A stretch of DNA of 63,677 nucleotides, filler included, from a candidate division TA06 bacterium SM23_40 (lineage in GTDB: Bacteria > LJUI01 > SM1-40): assembly GCA_001303705.1 (NCBI GenBank). It is 6 parts of 6 records of this genome, joined end to end, with 100 filler letters (N's around TTAATTAATTAA, not from the genome) between each part and the next. Parts side by side here need not be neighbours in the genome. Positions count along the whole stretch, not along the records: positions 1 to 18,774 come from LJUI01000037.1; 5 more parts are not named here. One strand, given 5' to 3'. Below the pieces are notes generated by a model that was not told where the DNA came from, did not search any database, and saw only the letters and a list, made by a program, of their open reading frames with translations. Of this stretch, positions 8,652 to 18,874 are shown in pieces (positions within the stretch are counted from its first letter, which is position 1; the number at the start of each line of letters is the position of its first letter). The translations under genes were made by a program, and so were the position numbers.

Positions 8652-11420
8652 GTGAAACCAGAAGACAGAGCCCGACAGGACATCGACCGCCAGTTGGCGG
8701 AGTGCGGTTGGCTCGTTCAGGACCACAGGTCCATGAACATCGGCGCGGGTCTGGGGGTGGCGGTTCGGGAGTTCCCGCTCGAAAAGGGATTCGCCGATTA
8801 CCTCCTCTACGTGGACGGGAAGGCTATCGGCGTCATCGAGGCCAAGCCTGCGGGCCACACGCTGACCGGCGTGGAGGAACAGTCAGCCCTCTACACGAGG
8901 AGCCTGCCGGACGGCATCCTCCTCCACGGCCTTCCGCTTCCCTTCGCTTATGAATCGACTGGAATCGAGACCCGGTTCACGAGTAGGCTCGACCCCGATC
9001 CCCGTAGCCGGGGAACGTTCGCCTTTCATCGGCCGGAGGAGTTGCTCCGTGTCGTCAGCCTCGACGGCCAGCTTCGTCAGAACCTAAGAAACCTGCCTCC
9101 ACTGAAGACCGAGCGTCTGTGGCCGGTTCAGGTCGAGGCGATACGGAATCTCGAAAGGTCTCTGGCTGAGAATCGACCGAGGGCACTCATCCAGATGGCT
9201 ACAGGTAGTGGAAAGACGTTTTGCGCCTGCACCTTCTCCTACAGGCTCATCAAGTTCGCCAAGGCCAAGCGGATCCTCTTCCTCGTGGATCGGAACAACC
9301 TCGGCAGGCAGGCTCTGAACGAATTTCAGCAGTACCACAGCCCGTACAGCCAGTACACGTTCACCGAGGAGTATCCGGTCCAGCGGCTTCGGAAGAATGT
9401 GATCGATCCGGCCAGTAAGGTCTGCATCACCACCATCCAGCGGCTCTACTCGATCCTGAAGGGCGAGGAGGAGTGGCCCGAAGAGAACGAGGAAGACTCC
9501 ATGTTCGAGGCTGAAGCGCCTCTTCATGTGGAGCCGATGCCTGTTGTCTACAATCCGAATGTTCCCATCGAGACGTTCGACTTCATCGTGGTCGATGAGT
9601 GCCATCGCTCAATTTACAACGTCTGGCGTCAGGTCCTCGACTACTTTGATGCCTTCATCATCGGCCTCACGGCAACTCCGACGAACCAGACCATCGGCTT
9701 CTTCCATGGAAACGTCGTGCAGGACTATTCCCACGAGAAGGCTGTCGCGGACGGAATCAACGTCGGGTATAACGTCTACCGTATCGAAACGGAGATCACG
9801 AAGGAGGGTGCAACGCTCAAGAAGGAACCCGGTCTACTGATCCCTCGCCGGGACAAGCGAACTCGTCAGATGAGGCTGGCCGAACTCGACGACGATTTGA
9901 CGTATACTGGCAGCCAGCTTGACCGCGATGTTACAAACCCGAGCCAGCTTCGACTAGTCATTCAGACGTTTCGGGATCGACTCTATAGCGAAATATTTCC
10001 CGGTCGTACTGAGGTTCCGAAGACGCTGGTGTTCGCAAAGAATGACAATCACGCCGAGGACATCGTCAAAGTGTTCCGGGAGGAGTTCGCTAGAGGAAAC
10101 GATTTCTGCCAAAAGATCACGTCCAAGACGACGGGCAAGAAGCCCGAGGATCTGCTGAATGAGTTCCGTAATTCCTTCAACCCGCGTGTCGCCGTGACGG
10201 TGGACATGATCGCCACCGGGACAGACGTGAAGCCCTTGGAGTGCCTGCTCTTCATGAGGAACATCGCCTCGGCATCGTACTTCGAGCAGATGAAAGGTCG
10301 CGGTACGCGGGTTATTAGCTCCGATGATCTGAGGCAGGTAACACCGGATACTGTACATAAGACGCACTTCGTGATCGTCGATGCGGTCGGGGTGTGCGAG
10401 AACGACAAGACGGCTTCCAAGCCACTGGACCGTAAGCCCTCGGTTCCGCTTCAGAAGCTGCTTCAGATGGTCGGTGAAGGCAGAGTGAGCGCAGAACTCG
10501 TATCGACCGTGGCAGCACGACTAGCGCGATTGCACCGGGAAACCACAGACGACCAGCGAGCAGAGATCGCGGCAGCCGCTAAGGGGAAATCCCTCGCCGA
10601 GATGACCAGCGACCTGCTCACGAGCCTTGATCCTGACGCCAGCGTCGAGCGGGCAGTCCAAAAGTTCAGGATACCTGAGGGGGAAGAACCCACGGATCAG
10701 CAGCTTCAGGAGGTCGAGCGGGAGAGCATGGCTGAGGCCCTGAGCCCGTTGTACGATGCAGGGCTTCGCGACAAGATCCTGACGATCAAAGCTTCTCTGG
10801 AACAGATCTATGATGAGATAACACAGGACAGGATTCGGAAAGTCGGGTTCGACTCACAGGCGAAAGATAAGGCCGAGTCACTCCTGAAGAACTTCCGGAC
10901 CTTCATCGAGGACAACAAGGACGAGATCGAGGCGATCCAGATCCTCTACAGCAAGCCTTACCGGGCGGGTCTGCGATACGGTCAAGTGAAGGAGCTTGCC
11001 GAGGCTTTGAAGCGGCCTCCCCTTTCCATCCGAGAGCCTGTCCTTCAGCTATGGCGAGCCTACGAGGCCGTCGAGCCCACGAAGGTGAAGGGCACCGCGA
11101 GCAGCTTGGTCGATCTCGTTTCAATCGTCAGGCACGCGATCTATCCTGATGAGCCGCTTGTCCCGGTCAGGAGTACTGTCGAGGAACGCTATCAGGAGTG
11201 GCTGATCGAGCAGGAAGCAGCGGGGGTGAACTTCACCCCGGAGCAGCAGCAGTGGCTCGACGCAATCAAGGACCACATCGCGAACAGTCTGACCATCGAA
11301 CAGGACCAGCTAGAGTACGCGCCGTTCACGCAACTTGGTGGCTTGGGGAAGGCGTACCGTCTCTTCGGTGATCGCCTACCGACACTACTCGGTGAGTTGA
11401 ACGGGAGGTTGGCAGCGTGA
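8652..11420 (+). CDS. hsdR: type I restriction endonuclease subunit R (EcoEI-like)
   Basis: ADYLL...IEAK nuclease motif; MATGSGKT Walker A; DECH; TATP; QMKGRGTR; EcoEI-type C-terminus. Confidence 0.95.
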   Translation: MKPEDRARQDIDRQLAECGWLVQDHRSMNIGAGLGVAVREFPLEKGFADYLLYVDGKAIGVIEAKPAGHTLTGVEEQSALYTRSLPDGILLHGLPLPFAYESTGIETRFTSRLDPDPRSRGTFAFHRPEELLRVVSLDGQLRQNLRNLPPLKTERLWPVQVEAIRNLERSLAENRPRALIQMATGSGKTFCACTFSYRLIKFAKAKRILFLVDRNNLGRQALNEFQQYHSPYSQYTFTEEYPVQRLRKNVIDPASKVCITTIQRLYSILKGEEEWPEENEEDSMFEAEAPLHVEPMPVVYNPNVPIETFDFIVVDECHRSIYNVWRQVLDYFDAFIIGLTATPTNQTIGFFHGNVVQDYSHEKAVADGINVGYNVYRIETEITKEGATLKKEPGLLIPRRDKRTRQMRLAELDDDLTYTGSQLDRDVTNPSQLRLVIQTFRDRLYSEIFPGRTEVPKTLVFAKNDNHAEDIVKVFREEFARGNDFCQKITSKTTGKKPEDLLNEFRNSFNPRVAVTVDMIATGTDVKPLECLLFMRNIASASYFEQMKGRGTRVISSDDLRQVTPDTVHKTHFVIVDAVGVCENDKTASKPLDRKPSVPLQKLLQMVGEGRVSAELVSTVAARLARLHRETTDDQRAEIAAAAKGKSLAEMTSDLLTSLDPDASVERAVQKFRIPEGEEPTDQQLQEVERESMAEALSPLYDAGLRDKILTIKASLEQIYDEITQDRIRKVGFDSQAKDKAESLLKNFRTFIEDNKDEIEAIQILYSKPYRAGLRYGQVKELAEALKRPPLSIREPVLQLWRAYEAVEPTKVKGTASSLVDLVSIVRHAIYPDEPLVPVRSTVEERYQEWLIEQEAAGVNFTPEQQQWLDAIKDHIANSLTIEQDQLEYAPFTQLGGLGKAYRLFGDRLPTLLGELNGRLAA

Positions 11421-12961
11421 CGAGGGGTAACGATCTGCCCAGAGGCTGGGTAACTTCCACGCTCGGTGAGGTCTGCTCTCGACCACAATACGGCTGGACA
11501 ACCAAGGCTAACCCCTCAACTGGAACGGTTCGCCTACTGCGGACTACCGACATCACGCCGGGCTGGGTCGATTGGTCTTCTGTACCCTATTGTTCTGAGA
11601 ATCCGCCCGACATCTCAAAGTACCGGCTTCAAGAGAACGACATCGTGATCTCGCGGGCTGGTTCTGTTGGCGCGAGCTTTCTGTTGTCAGACGTACCAGA
11701 AGAGGCGGTCTTCGCTTCCTACCTCATCCGGTTCCAGCCGCTTGAGCCGATCAGCCCCAAGTTCATTGCGTACTTCCTACAGACTCCTGATTACTGGTCC
11801 GCGATTACCGAGCGGTCTTCTGGAATCGCCCTTCCCAACGTCAATGCGCGAAAGCTGGAAAGTATTCAGATACCATTAGCACCCAACGCCGAGCAACACC
11901 GCATCGTCGCCAAGATCGAGGAGCTATTCTCCGACCTCGACGCTGGCGTGGCTGCGTTGGGGCGGGCCAAAGCCAACCTCAAGCGATACCGTGCCGCCGT
12001 CCTCAAGGCCGCCGTGGAGGGCAAGCTGACCGAGGAGTGGCGCAAGGAGAATCCGCCGAGCGAGCCTGCTTCCGAGCTTCTGAAGCGTATCCTCGCTGAG
12101 CGTCGGAAGAAGTGGGAGGAGGAGCAACTCGGCAAGTACGAGGCGAACGGGAAGAAACCGCCGAAGAACTGGAAGGATACGTATAAGGAACCTCTCAGAC
12201 CTGATACGGAGAAGCTACCACCACTGCCGGATGGTTGGTGTTGGACCACGACTGATGCGCTGTTCACCTTTGTGACGAGCGGATCGAGGGGGTGGGCGAA
12301 GTACTACTCGGAGCTTGGCTCTCTCTTCCTTAGAGTAGGCAACCTCGACCGGTTATCGATCACGCTGGACTTGAGAGAGGTACAGCGGGTTACGCCTCCC
12401 AAGGGCGCCGAGGGACGGAGGACGAGGGTCCAAGAAGGCGATATCCTGATATCGATCACTGCTGATCTAGGGATGATTGCTCTAGTTCCCGACTACCTCG
12501 ATGAGTGCTTCATCAACCAACATGTCGCCTTGGCAAGGGCTGTGTCCTCGATTAGCCGTCCGTACGTGGCGTGGTTCCTCGCCAGTGAGTATGGGCAGCG
12601 CCAGTTCGGAAGGATGCAGCGCGGCGCTACCAAGAAAGGACTCGGTCTTGACGATATTCGAGGTGTGCAAGTCCCGTTGCCTCCTGTGAGAGAGCAAGAG
12701 GAGATTGCCGCAGCAATTGAATCACGTTTCTCAAACTGCGCCGCTGCTGAAGTGAATGTCTTGGTATCATCAGCCCGCGCACAACGTCTGCGCCAATCAA
12801 TCCTGAAGCGTGCCTTCGAGGGAAAGCTCGTCGAGCAAGACCCCAGCGATGAGCCCGCAAGTACCCTCCTCGAACGGATCAGGGGCGAACGTACGAAGTC
12901 AGGCGAGCCGAAGAAAGGCATCTTCCGGAAGGCAAAGAACAGTCAGCTGAAGTTGCTATGA
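11417..12961 (+). CDS. hsdS: type I R-M specificity subunit S
   Basis: LPRGW / LPDGW repeats; two TRDs; PLAPNAEQHRIV and PLPPVREQEEI conserved regions; LKRAFEGKL. Confidence 0.93.
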   Translation: MTRGNDLPRGWVTSTLGEVCSRPQYGWTTKANPSTGTVRLLRTTDITPGWVDWSSVPYCSENPPDISKYRLQENDIVISRAGSVGASFLLSDVPEEAVFASYLIRFQPLEPISPKFIAYFLQTPDYWSAITERSSGIALPNVNARKLESIQIPLAPNAEQHRIVAKIEELFSDLDAGVAALGRAKANLKRYRAAVLKAAVEGKLTEEWRKENPPSEPASELLKRILAERRKKWEEEQLGKYEANGKKPPKNWKDTYKEPLRPDTEKLPPLPDGWCWTTTDALFTFVTSGSRGWAKYYSELGSLFLRVGNLDRLSITLDLREVQRVTPPKGAEGRRTRVQEGDILISITADLGMIALVPDYLDECFINQHVALARAVSSISRPYVAWFLASEYGQRQFGRMQRGATKKGLGLDDIRGVQVPLPPVREQEEIAAAIESRFSNCAAAEVNVLVSSARAQRLRQSILKRAFEGKLVEQDPSDEPASTLLERIRGERTKSGEPKKGIFRKAKNSQLKLL

Positions 12962-14445
12962 AGAACGACACCCAACAGATCGTCAATAAGGCTTGGAATT
13001 TTGCCCACGTCCTTCGGGACGACGGGCTCTCCTACATGGCCTACACGGAACAGATAACGTTCCTGCTCTTCCTGAAGATGGCAGATGAGCAGACGAAGCC
13101 TCCGTACAATAATCCGCCCATCGTTCCGCCAGAACTCGGCTGGCAGAGCCTCCTTAAGCTCGACGGTGATGAGCTAGAGATTCACTACCGGCATATCCTC
13201 GAAGAACTCGGGCGCAGAGGCGGGATGCTCGGCGAGATATTCAAGAAGGCTCGTCAGGAAATACAGAATCCCGCGACGCTGAAGCGGCTCATCGTAGACC
13301 TGATCGACGCTGAGCACTGGTCGTCGATGGAGGCCGATGTCAAGGGCGACATCTACGAAGGTCTGCTCGCCAAGAGCGCAGCGGAATCACCGAAAGGGGC
13401 AGGCCAGTACTTCACACCGCGAGAGCTGATTAAGGGGATCGTTGACGTGATGCAACCCAGTCCGGACGATACGATCTGCGACCCAGCTTGCGGAACCGGA
13501 GGCTTCCTTCTCGCCGCACACGACTACGTGGTGGGAGAACACGGTCGGACGTTGAATCCCGACCAGCAGAGGCACCTTCGCGAATGCTTCGTCGAGGGCA
13601 CGGACATCGTCCCGGCCACCGCCCGGCTCTGCATCATGAATCTGTACCTGCACGGCATCAATGCTGATCCGTGCCCGATCCGCTCGGGTGTAGACAGTCT
13701 CGCCAGCGACCCCGGTGACCGATACAGCATGATCCTCACCAATCCTCCGTTTGGGAAGAAGAGCAGCATCACCATCGTGAACGAGGAAGGCGAACTAGAG
13801 AAAGAAGATCAGGCATACGAGCGGCAGGATTTTTGGACGACGACGAAGAACAAACAACTCAACTTTCTTCAGCACGTCAAAACGCTGCTGCGGATCTACG
13901 GTCGTTGCGCCATCGTAGTACCCGACAATGTGCTTTTCGAGGGCGGAGCCGGTGAGGCAGTCCGAAGGAATCTCTTGAAGCAGTTCGATGTCCACACCCT
14001 GCTGCGTCTTCCCACGGGGATCTTCTATGCTCAGGGCGTCAAGGCGAACGTTCTCTTCTTCGATGCGAAGCCAGCGCAGGAGGCTCCGTGGACGAAGAAG
14101 CTCTGGATCTACGATCTCCGGACCAACATGCATTTCACGCTGAAAACGAAGCCGCTCAGACGCTCGGACCTCGATGAGTTCGTGGAGTGCTTCAAGCCGG
14201 GTCGGAGGCACGAGCGCGAGGAAACGTGGAGCGAGGATGATCCAGAGAGTCGCTGGCGAGTCTTCGAGTACGAGGAGCTAATCAAGCGAGACAAAGTGAA
14301 TCTGGACATTTTCTGGCTGCGGGACAGGAGCTTGGAGGACTCGGAAGACCTGCCCGAGCCTGATGTCCTTGCGCGGGAGATTGCGGATGATCTTCAGACT
14401 GCACTGGACCAGTTCACCGCCATCGTGGGTGAGCTAGGTGAGTAG
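12958..14445 (+). CDS. hsdM: type I R-M N6-adenine methyltransferase subunit M
   Basis: GQYFTPR, DPACGTGGF (motif I), NPPF (motif IV). Confidence 0.95.
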   Translation: MKNDTQQIVNKAWNFAHVLRDDGLSYMAYTEQITFLLFLKMADEQTKPPYNNPPIVPPELGWQSLLKLDGDELEIHYRHILEELGRRGGMLGEIFKKARQEIQNPATLKRLIVDLIDAEHWSSMEADVKGDIYEGLLAKSAAESPKGAGQYFTPRELIKGIVDVMQPSPDDTICDPACGTGGFLLAAHDYVVGEHGRTLNPDQQRHLRECFVEGTDIVPATARLCIMNLYLHGINADPCPIRSGVDSLASDPGDRYSMILTNPPFGKKSSITIVNEEGELEKEDQAYERQDFWTTTKNKQLNFLQHVKTLLRIYGRCAIVVPDNVLFEGGAGEAVRRNLLKQFDVHTLLRLPTGIFYAQGVKANVLFFDAKPAQEAPWTKKLWIYDLRTNMHFTLKTKPLRRSDLDEFVECFKPGRRHEREETWSEDDPESRWRVFEYEELIKRDKVNLDIFWLRDRSLEDSEDLPEPDVLAREIADDLQTALDQFTAIVGELGE

Positions 14446-14606
14446 AGAGCTTCTCTGTACTCGGAGGGAGGTATCCCCCGGCATCCATTGAGGGATAAGG
14501 CTCTCCTACGAGGAGCACAGAGTCTTCACAGCGCATTTCTGCCCCAGCCGAGGGTACGAGGTTGAGTTTCCGAAGGAGAACCCGAAATTGGGCTCTCAAC
14601 TGCGCC

Positions 14607-15215
14607 CTAGTCCCACGGCGTGCACTGGTGAGCGTCGCTACGTAACCTCAGTTCTGCGAGGTCCGTCCAGACAACCTCCTCTATCAGACCGTTCTCAAGG
14701 ACAACGATAAGCTCTGGCTGAGCAAAGCCGCACTCGAACAGCATGACCGTCTCTTCCTTCCGGTTGCGTCGTAGGCGCTGCACGATCAACGGGTGAAGGA
14801 AGCTCTCAGGTCGCCGCTCTGTTGGGTAGTAGTAGAGCGGATACGAGACATGGATGTCACCACCTGCCACGTACTCTTCCTCTCCAATCTTGAACACACC
14901 TTGGGGGCGGCGGTAGACGAAGTATCGGGAACCCGCCTGCTCTTCCCAAATTGTATCCGGCGGACCAACGACGATTCCTGTGAGTGCCGCGGGGTCTCCC
15001 GGCATGAACCTCTCAAGCTTGTCCTTGTGAACCAGTTGGAGTACCCGTGTAGCCGGGTCAGCAAAAACCGACAGCCACCGGTCATGCCGCTCGAAGGCAA
15101 CGATGGGGCCTTCTCCGGGTAACCGCTCTCGTTGCTCAGTACAGCCCGTAAGCGACTTGGCAACAGCCACGACGAGCAGGAGTACCGCTGGCATCCTTAC
15201 TCTGATCACAGGCAA
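14607..15215 (-). CDS. hypothetical lipoprotein
   Basis: Hydrophobic N-terminus with lipobox LTGC; AGGAGG upstream. Confidence 0.6.
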   Translation of the reverse strand: MPVIRVRMPAVLLLVVAVAKSLTGCTEQRERLPGEGPIVAFERHDRWLSVFADPATRVLQLVHKDKLERFMPGDPAALTGIVVGPPDTIWEEQAGSRYFVYRRPQGVFKIGEEEYVAGGDIHVSYPLYYYPTERRPESFLHPLIVQRLRRNRKEETVMLFECGFAQPELIVVLENGLIEEVVWTDLAELRLRSDAHQCTPWD

Positions 15216-16429
15216 TCAGTTCCTCCTGAGAGACGCTGCGAGGCAAGTTACCTCTTGCTTGCAATCAGATGTGGCACAGGCATCTCGGTCCTCTGTCGAA
15301 AAAAATCCGCTGGGCAGAGAATACCGATTTTAGAGTTACACCAGTGCCGAGACTCCCAACAGTTCGATCACGACAGAGTGGCGTGCCAAACCACTCCCGT
15401 CCTCATCGTGATGCTGACCTGCTTGCAGGACTGGGTAGCGTACCTGCTTGGGTCACCAACCCAAGGACCATGAACCGAGAGGACCACCCCCTCCTCCGCA
15501 GTCTGGATGAACGCGGAGATGCCTTGTGAGGGGGAATTGGGAATCGGATCATCGTGCTCTCCTCTGACCTCCCATCGTCGGCTCGATGAGGATGCCAGAT
15601 GCTCGTCGCCAACATTTCCAACACAGGCCTGAGCGGATTCTCTCCACGCGATGAGGGTCTTTCCCATGGATCTTCCATCGCAATCGAGCAGCTCCTGGGG
15701 GACGAGTTGTCGTTCAAGACCGTGCGTCCACTGTGTCGCCCGCTCGACTTCAGGATGTGGGGTGTAACGACTGTAGGTAGAGGACGGGCTGCCATCGGAG
15801 CCAGAGAAGACGGAGAAGGACCAACTCGAAAGTCGGTCTCGTCGTGGATGGCAGCCCGCGTTCTTAGTGTTCCGATCACGACCTCATCTCCGTCACCAAA
15901 GCTCCGATTGAAGTGTAGGCTATCAACCTCGGTCCAGATCGTCAAGCTTTGGGATCAGAGCGGATACCTATTCCTCCAGTCTCTGCGGTCTCCGAAATTC
16001 CAACAGACGCCTCTTTCGGACACACGGAGATGCTGTACCTACGACATATTGGGCGAGATGAGACGCCTGTTTCTGTCTTTGAAGGATAAGGAGGAATCGT
16101 CGGGCTGAGAACCTGCCGGAGGAATCGGCCTGTCGGGCTGTGCTCTGCCAGATGACTTCGAGATTCAGGCCGCTCGACTGGCAGCCGAGTGGGGATTCAC
16201 CGGAATCGGTGCCGATCCCGATTACTTCTTCCGGGTTGGTGCAGGTAGACTCTGAGTGGCCTGTCCCGTGTCGGTGCGCCACAGGGAATCGCTATAACTG
16301 AACGCTCCGAAGTGCTCCCTTCTGTTGCCAAGCCAGACTCACCCCGATTCAACTGAGGATTCTTCAGACCCGTCGTCGTTACATCGGTGCAGGAGGGCAC
16401 ACCGAGGTTGATGCAGGCAAAGGGCAGGT

Positions 16430-16798
16430 ATGAGCGTCAGGAAGCAGTTAGACAGATTGGCGGAACACGGAGCGATGGTCATCGTCCCCGTACGCTGGCT
16501 GCTTGATCTGCTCGATCTGCTTGACGGCTTACGAGCGGGCGGAGACGGCGAGGAGCCTCTGGCTGACTTCACAGCCGAGGAAGCAGCCGTCGAGTTCAAC
16601 AGGAGCCCGCAGACTATCCGGAACTGGTGCCGAAGCGGGCTTCTTCCGGGTGCCTACAAGCTGTTGAATCGGGAGTGGCGGATTCCACGACAAGCGTTGC
16701 AGGCACTCCGCACGAGCCACCTAGACGGCGATGGCAAGAGCGTTCAGCAAGCCGGAACAGCCACCGATCTCGGAGCATGGAGGGCGCATGTCGAGTAA
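16430..16798 (+). CDS. excisionase-like helix-turn-helix protein
   Basis: FTAEEAAVEFNRSPQTIRNWCRSGLLPGAYKL..REWRIP matches HTH_17/Xis-type winged helix. Confidence 0.8.
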   Translation: MSVRKQLDRLAEHGAMVIVPVRWLLDLLDLLDGLRAGGDGEEPLADFTAEEAAVEFNRSPQTIRNWCRSGLLPGAYKLLNREWRIPRQALQALRTSHLDGDGKSVQQAGTATDLGAWRAHVE

Positions 16799-16870
16799 GG
16801 GACCTCTCAAGACAGGTGGCAAGTGGTAATCCTGAGGCAACCAAACGTCCCGCTGATTGGAGAGACAGCG

Positions 16871-17413
16871 ATGAAACGCAAGAAAAAGCTTGAAATCGCC
16901 TATCACGAAGCGGGACACGCAGTCGCGTGCTACCGGTTACGTGTGGCGTTTAACTACGTCACCGTTGAACCCACCGAGGATGCGTGGGGGCACATTATGC
17001 ATCCGTGTAACTATCTGGGCAAAGTGAGTGAATACGACGATGATCGCAGGGGCAGATGGAAGATTGAAAAGAACATCCTCGTGTTACTCGCAGGAGGTGC
17101 GGCAGAAGCCCTAGTTAGCGGACGCGAGGACTGGAACGAGAGTGGATCCTCGGACTATGAAGTAGCTCTGGCCCTCTCAGAACTCATCGAACCCACCTGC
17201 ACCGACGTTCACGGGAAGTACCTTGACTACATGATAGCACGGGCTAGGGCCTTCGTTAGACGGCGCGTGGTCCACTGCCCGATTGAACACCTCGCGCTGG
17301 AATTGATGGAACGACGCAGGATCGGCTCAAGGACTGCGAGACGAATTATCAGAAGGTCGCTTGAGAATGACAGCTTGACCGAGTGGCTCAAGAAACGGGA
17401 AGGGCGCCTCTGA
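16871..17413 (+). CDS. stand-alone M41 (FtsH-type) zinc metalloprotease domain protein
   Basis: IAYHEAGHAV zinc motif, LAGGAAE and SSDY as in the FtsH protease domain; no AAA or TM part. Confidence 0.75.
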   Translation: MKRKKKLEIAYHEAGHAVACYRLRVAFNYVTVEPTEDAWGHIMHPCNYLGKVSEYDDDRRGRWKIEKNILVLLAGGAAEALVSGREDWNESGSSDYEVALALSELIEPTCTDVHGKYLDYMIARARAFVRRRVVHCPIEHLALELMERRRIGSRTARRIIRRSLENDSLTEWLKKREGRL

Positions 17414-17541
17414 ACAGTCTGTCCGCTCGCCGGTAGGCTCCGTGACTCGTAGTTCGCGGAGTGCGACAACGAGGGGAGTTTAGATCTTCCCTCGAACATG
17501 AATGACGCCGACTCCCGCCGCTACTGAAAAGGATGTGCGGT

Positions 17542-17970
17542 ATGAGCAAGCGAGGCGGTGTGAGGCGACCTGCCCCGAGGGAATGGCTGCGGAAGAACGA
17601 CCGAGGTTTTACCTGCGTTCCGAATGCCCTTTGGTGCATTGCACTCAGCAATGTCGCTCGGTGCGTGTGGGCTTTCCAGTGGAGCCTCGTGCGAGTCCGG
17701 AAAAACGGAGACGATTACCTGAGCTACGTTGCTCAGACCACGATTGCCCAGACGCTCGGCATCTCGACAAACACGGTCAGAAGATGTGACGTCGAGCTTG
17801 TGGATGCCGGACTACTTGAATTGGTGCAGGCGAAACCCCGGCGACCGAAGGTATACCGGGTCCGTCCTTCACGTTCGGATTGGACAATACCCGATCCCGT
17901 GGTCTGGGAAATCGAGTGCTCCGAAGAAGTTCACGAAGGAGGAATATCGACGGATGGTCGAAGAGAATGA
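17542..17970 (+). CDS. winged-HTH protein, putative replication initiator
   Basis: FTCVPN and YVAQTTIAQTLGISTNTVRRCDVELVDAGLL resemble HTH_36/phage Rep N-termini. Confidence 0.6.
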   Translation: MSKRGGVRRPAPREWLRKNDRGFTCVPNALWCIALSNVARCVWAFQWSLVRVRKNGDDYLSYVAQTTIAQTLGISTNTVRRCDVELVDAGLLELVQAKPRRPKVYRVRPSRSDWTIPDPVVWEIECSEEVHEGGISTDGRRE

Positions 17971-18241
17971 ACAGGCAGAGCGAGAGCGGAAAAGACGTAG
18001 ACGAGACTCCGCAGACTAGGGATACTCTGATCCCCAGCCAGTCCTGAGGACGCGGGGATAAACTGCTCAGATCCTGAGTGATAAGTGGGTAGGGTGACAG
18101 CGGCGTACCGTCACTTTCTGAGCATCGAATGCTCAAATAGTATGCCCTATAGAGATGGATGTAGTTAGTAGAGAGGGTAACTAGTAAGAGAGGGACAGAA
18201 ATAGAGACGCCTGCGGCAAGACAGCTTGGGAATGATCCCAT

Positions 18242-18359
18242 TCTATCAGGTCAGAAGATTTCTCTTGAGTCACGTTTTCCTGATCTCAGAGTCTGGGCTG
18301 ATGAAACTCGAAATTGGTCTTGAGGTCACCATCCTGTCAGACAACTACATCTGCTGCGG
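18242..18359 (+). repeat. degenerate direct copy of 18493-18622 (leader plus 5' end of HNH gene)
   Basis: Shared blocks TCTATCAG, TCTGGGCTGATGAA(A/G)CTCGAA, TCTTGAGGTCAC, ATCCTGTC, CATCT(G/A)CTGCGG in the same order. Confidence 0.75.
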
Positions 18360-18551
18360 TATGACGGCCTAGAACGCGATTTCGACCCTTCAGGAGGGGT
18401 AGCTGTGGGTGAGGATAGAAGATGCGAAGAAGACGACTCAACTGCTCGACCACACCTGTAGTCGTGTCAGGTCAGCACGGACTTGATCGTGGTCTATCAG
18501 TTACAGAACTTTCTACTTTGATCTGATACTCTGGTGGCAGGCTCTGGGCTG

Positions 18552-18774
18552 ATGAAGCTCGAAGATTTCAACGATCTTGAGGTCACTACATACGATCCTG
18601 TCGGATACTGCATCTACTGCGGCTCAGTTGAAGACCTGAGCGATGAACACATCGTTCCTTACGGGTTGAACAGTCCCTGCCGATTACCTGCGGCCAGTTG
18701 TCGGCGATGTCGGAGGATTACAGGAAGATTCGAGGGGAAAGTCCTTCGTGGGCCGATGTGGCTGGTTCGGGCGA
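18552..18774 (+). CDS. HNH endonuclease (truncated by gap)
   Basis: CIYCG...DEHIVP...SCRRC zinc-binding HNH signature. Confidence 0.8.
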
Positions 18775-18874
18775 NNNNNNNNNNNNNNNNNNNNNNNNNN
18801 NNNNNNNNNNNNNNNNNNTTAATTAATTAANNNNNNNNNNNNNNNNNNNNNNNNNNNNNNNNNNNNNNNNNNNN
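18775..18874. other. artificial contig linker
   Basis: N-run + TTAATTAATTAA + N-run (stops in all frames). Confidence 0.98.

Larger units (their letters stand above)
6604..18774. mobile_element. integrative element/genomic island at tRNA-Pro(GGG); right end lost in the assembly gap
   Basis: Tyrosine integrase adjacent to tRNA 3' end; R-M cargo; excisionase-like, rep-like and HNH genes; visibly less GC-rich than the clc/HD-GYP genes. Confidence 0.8.

Noticed and set aside
15230..16400. Overlapping ORFs of 100-180 aa on both strands inside the island
   Set aside because: No SD/start or family motif I can support; probably decayed cargo, left unannotated
6580..18774. attR copy of the tRNA-Pro 3' end
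   Set aside because: Not seen before the contig ends, so the element boundary cannot be set
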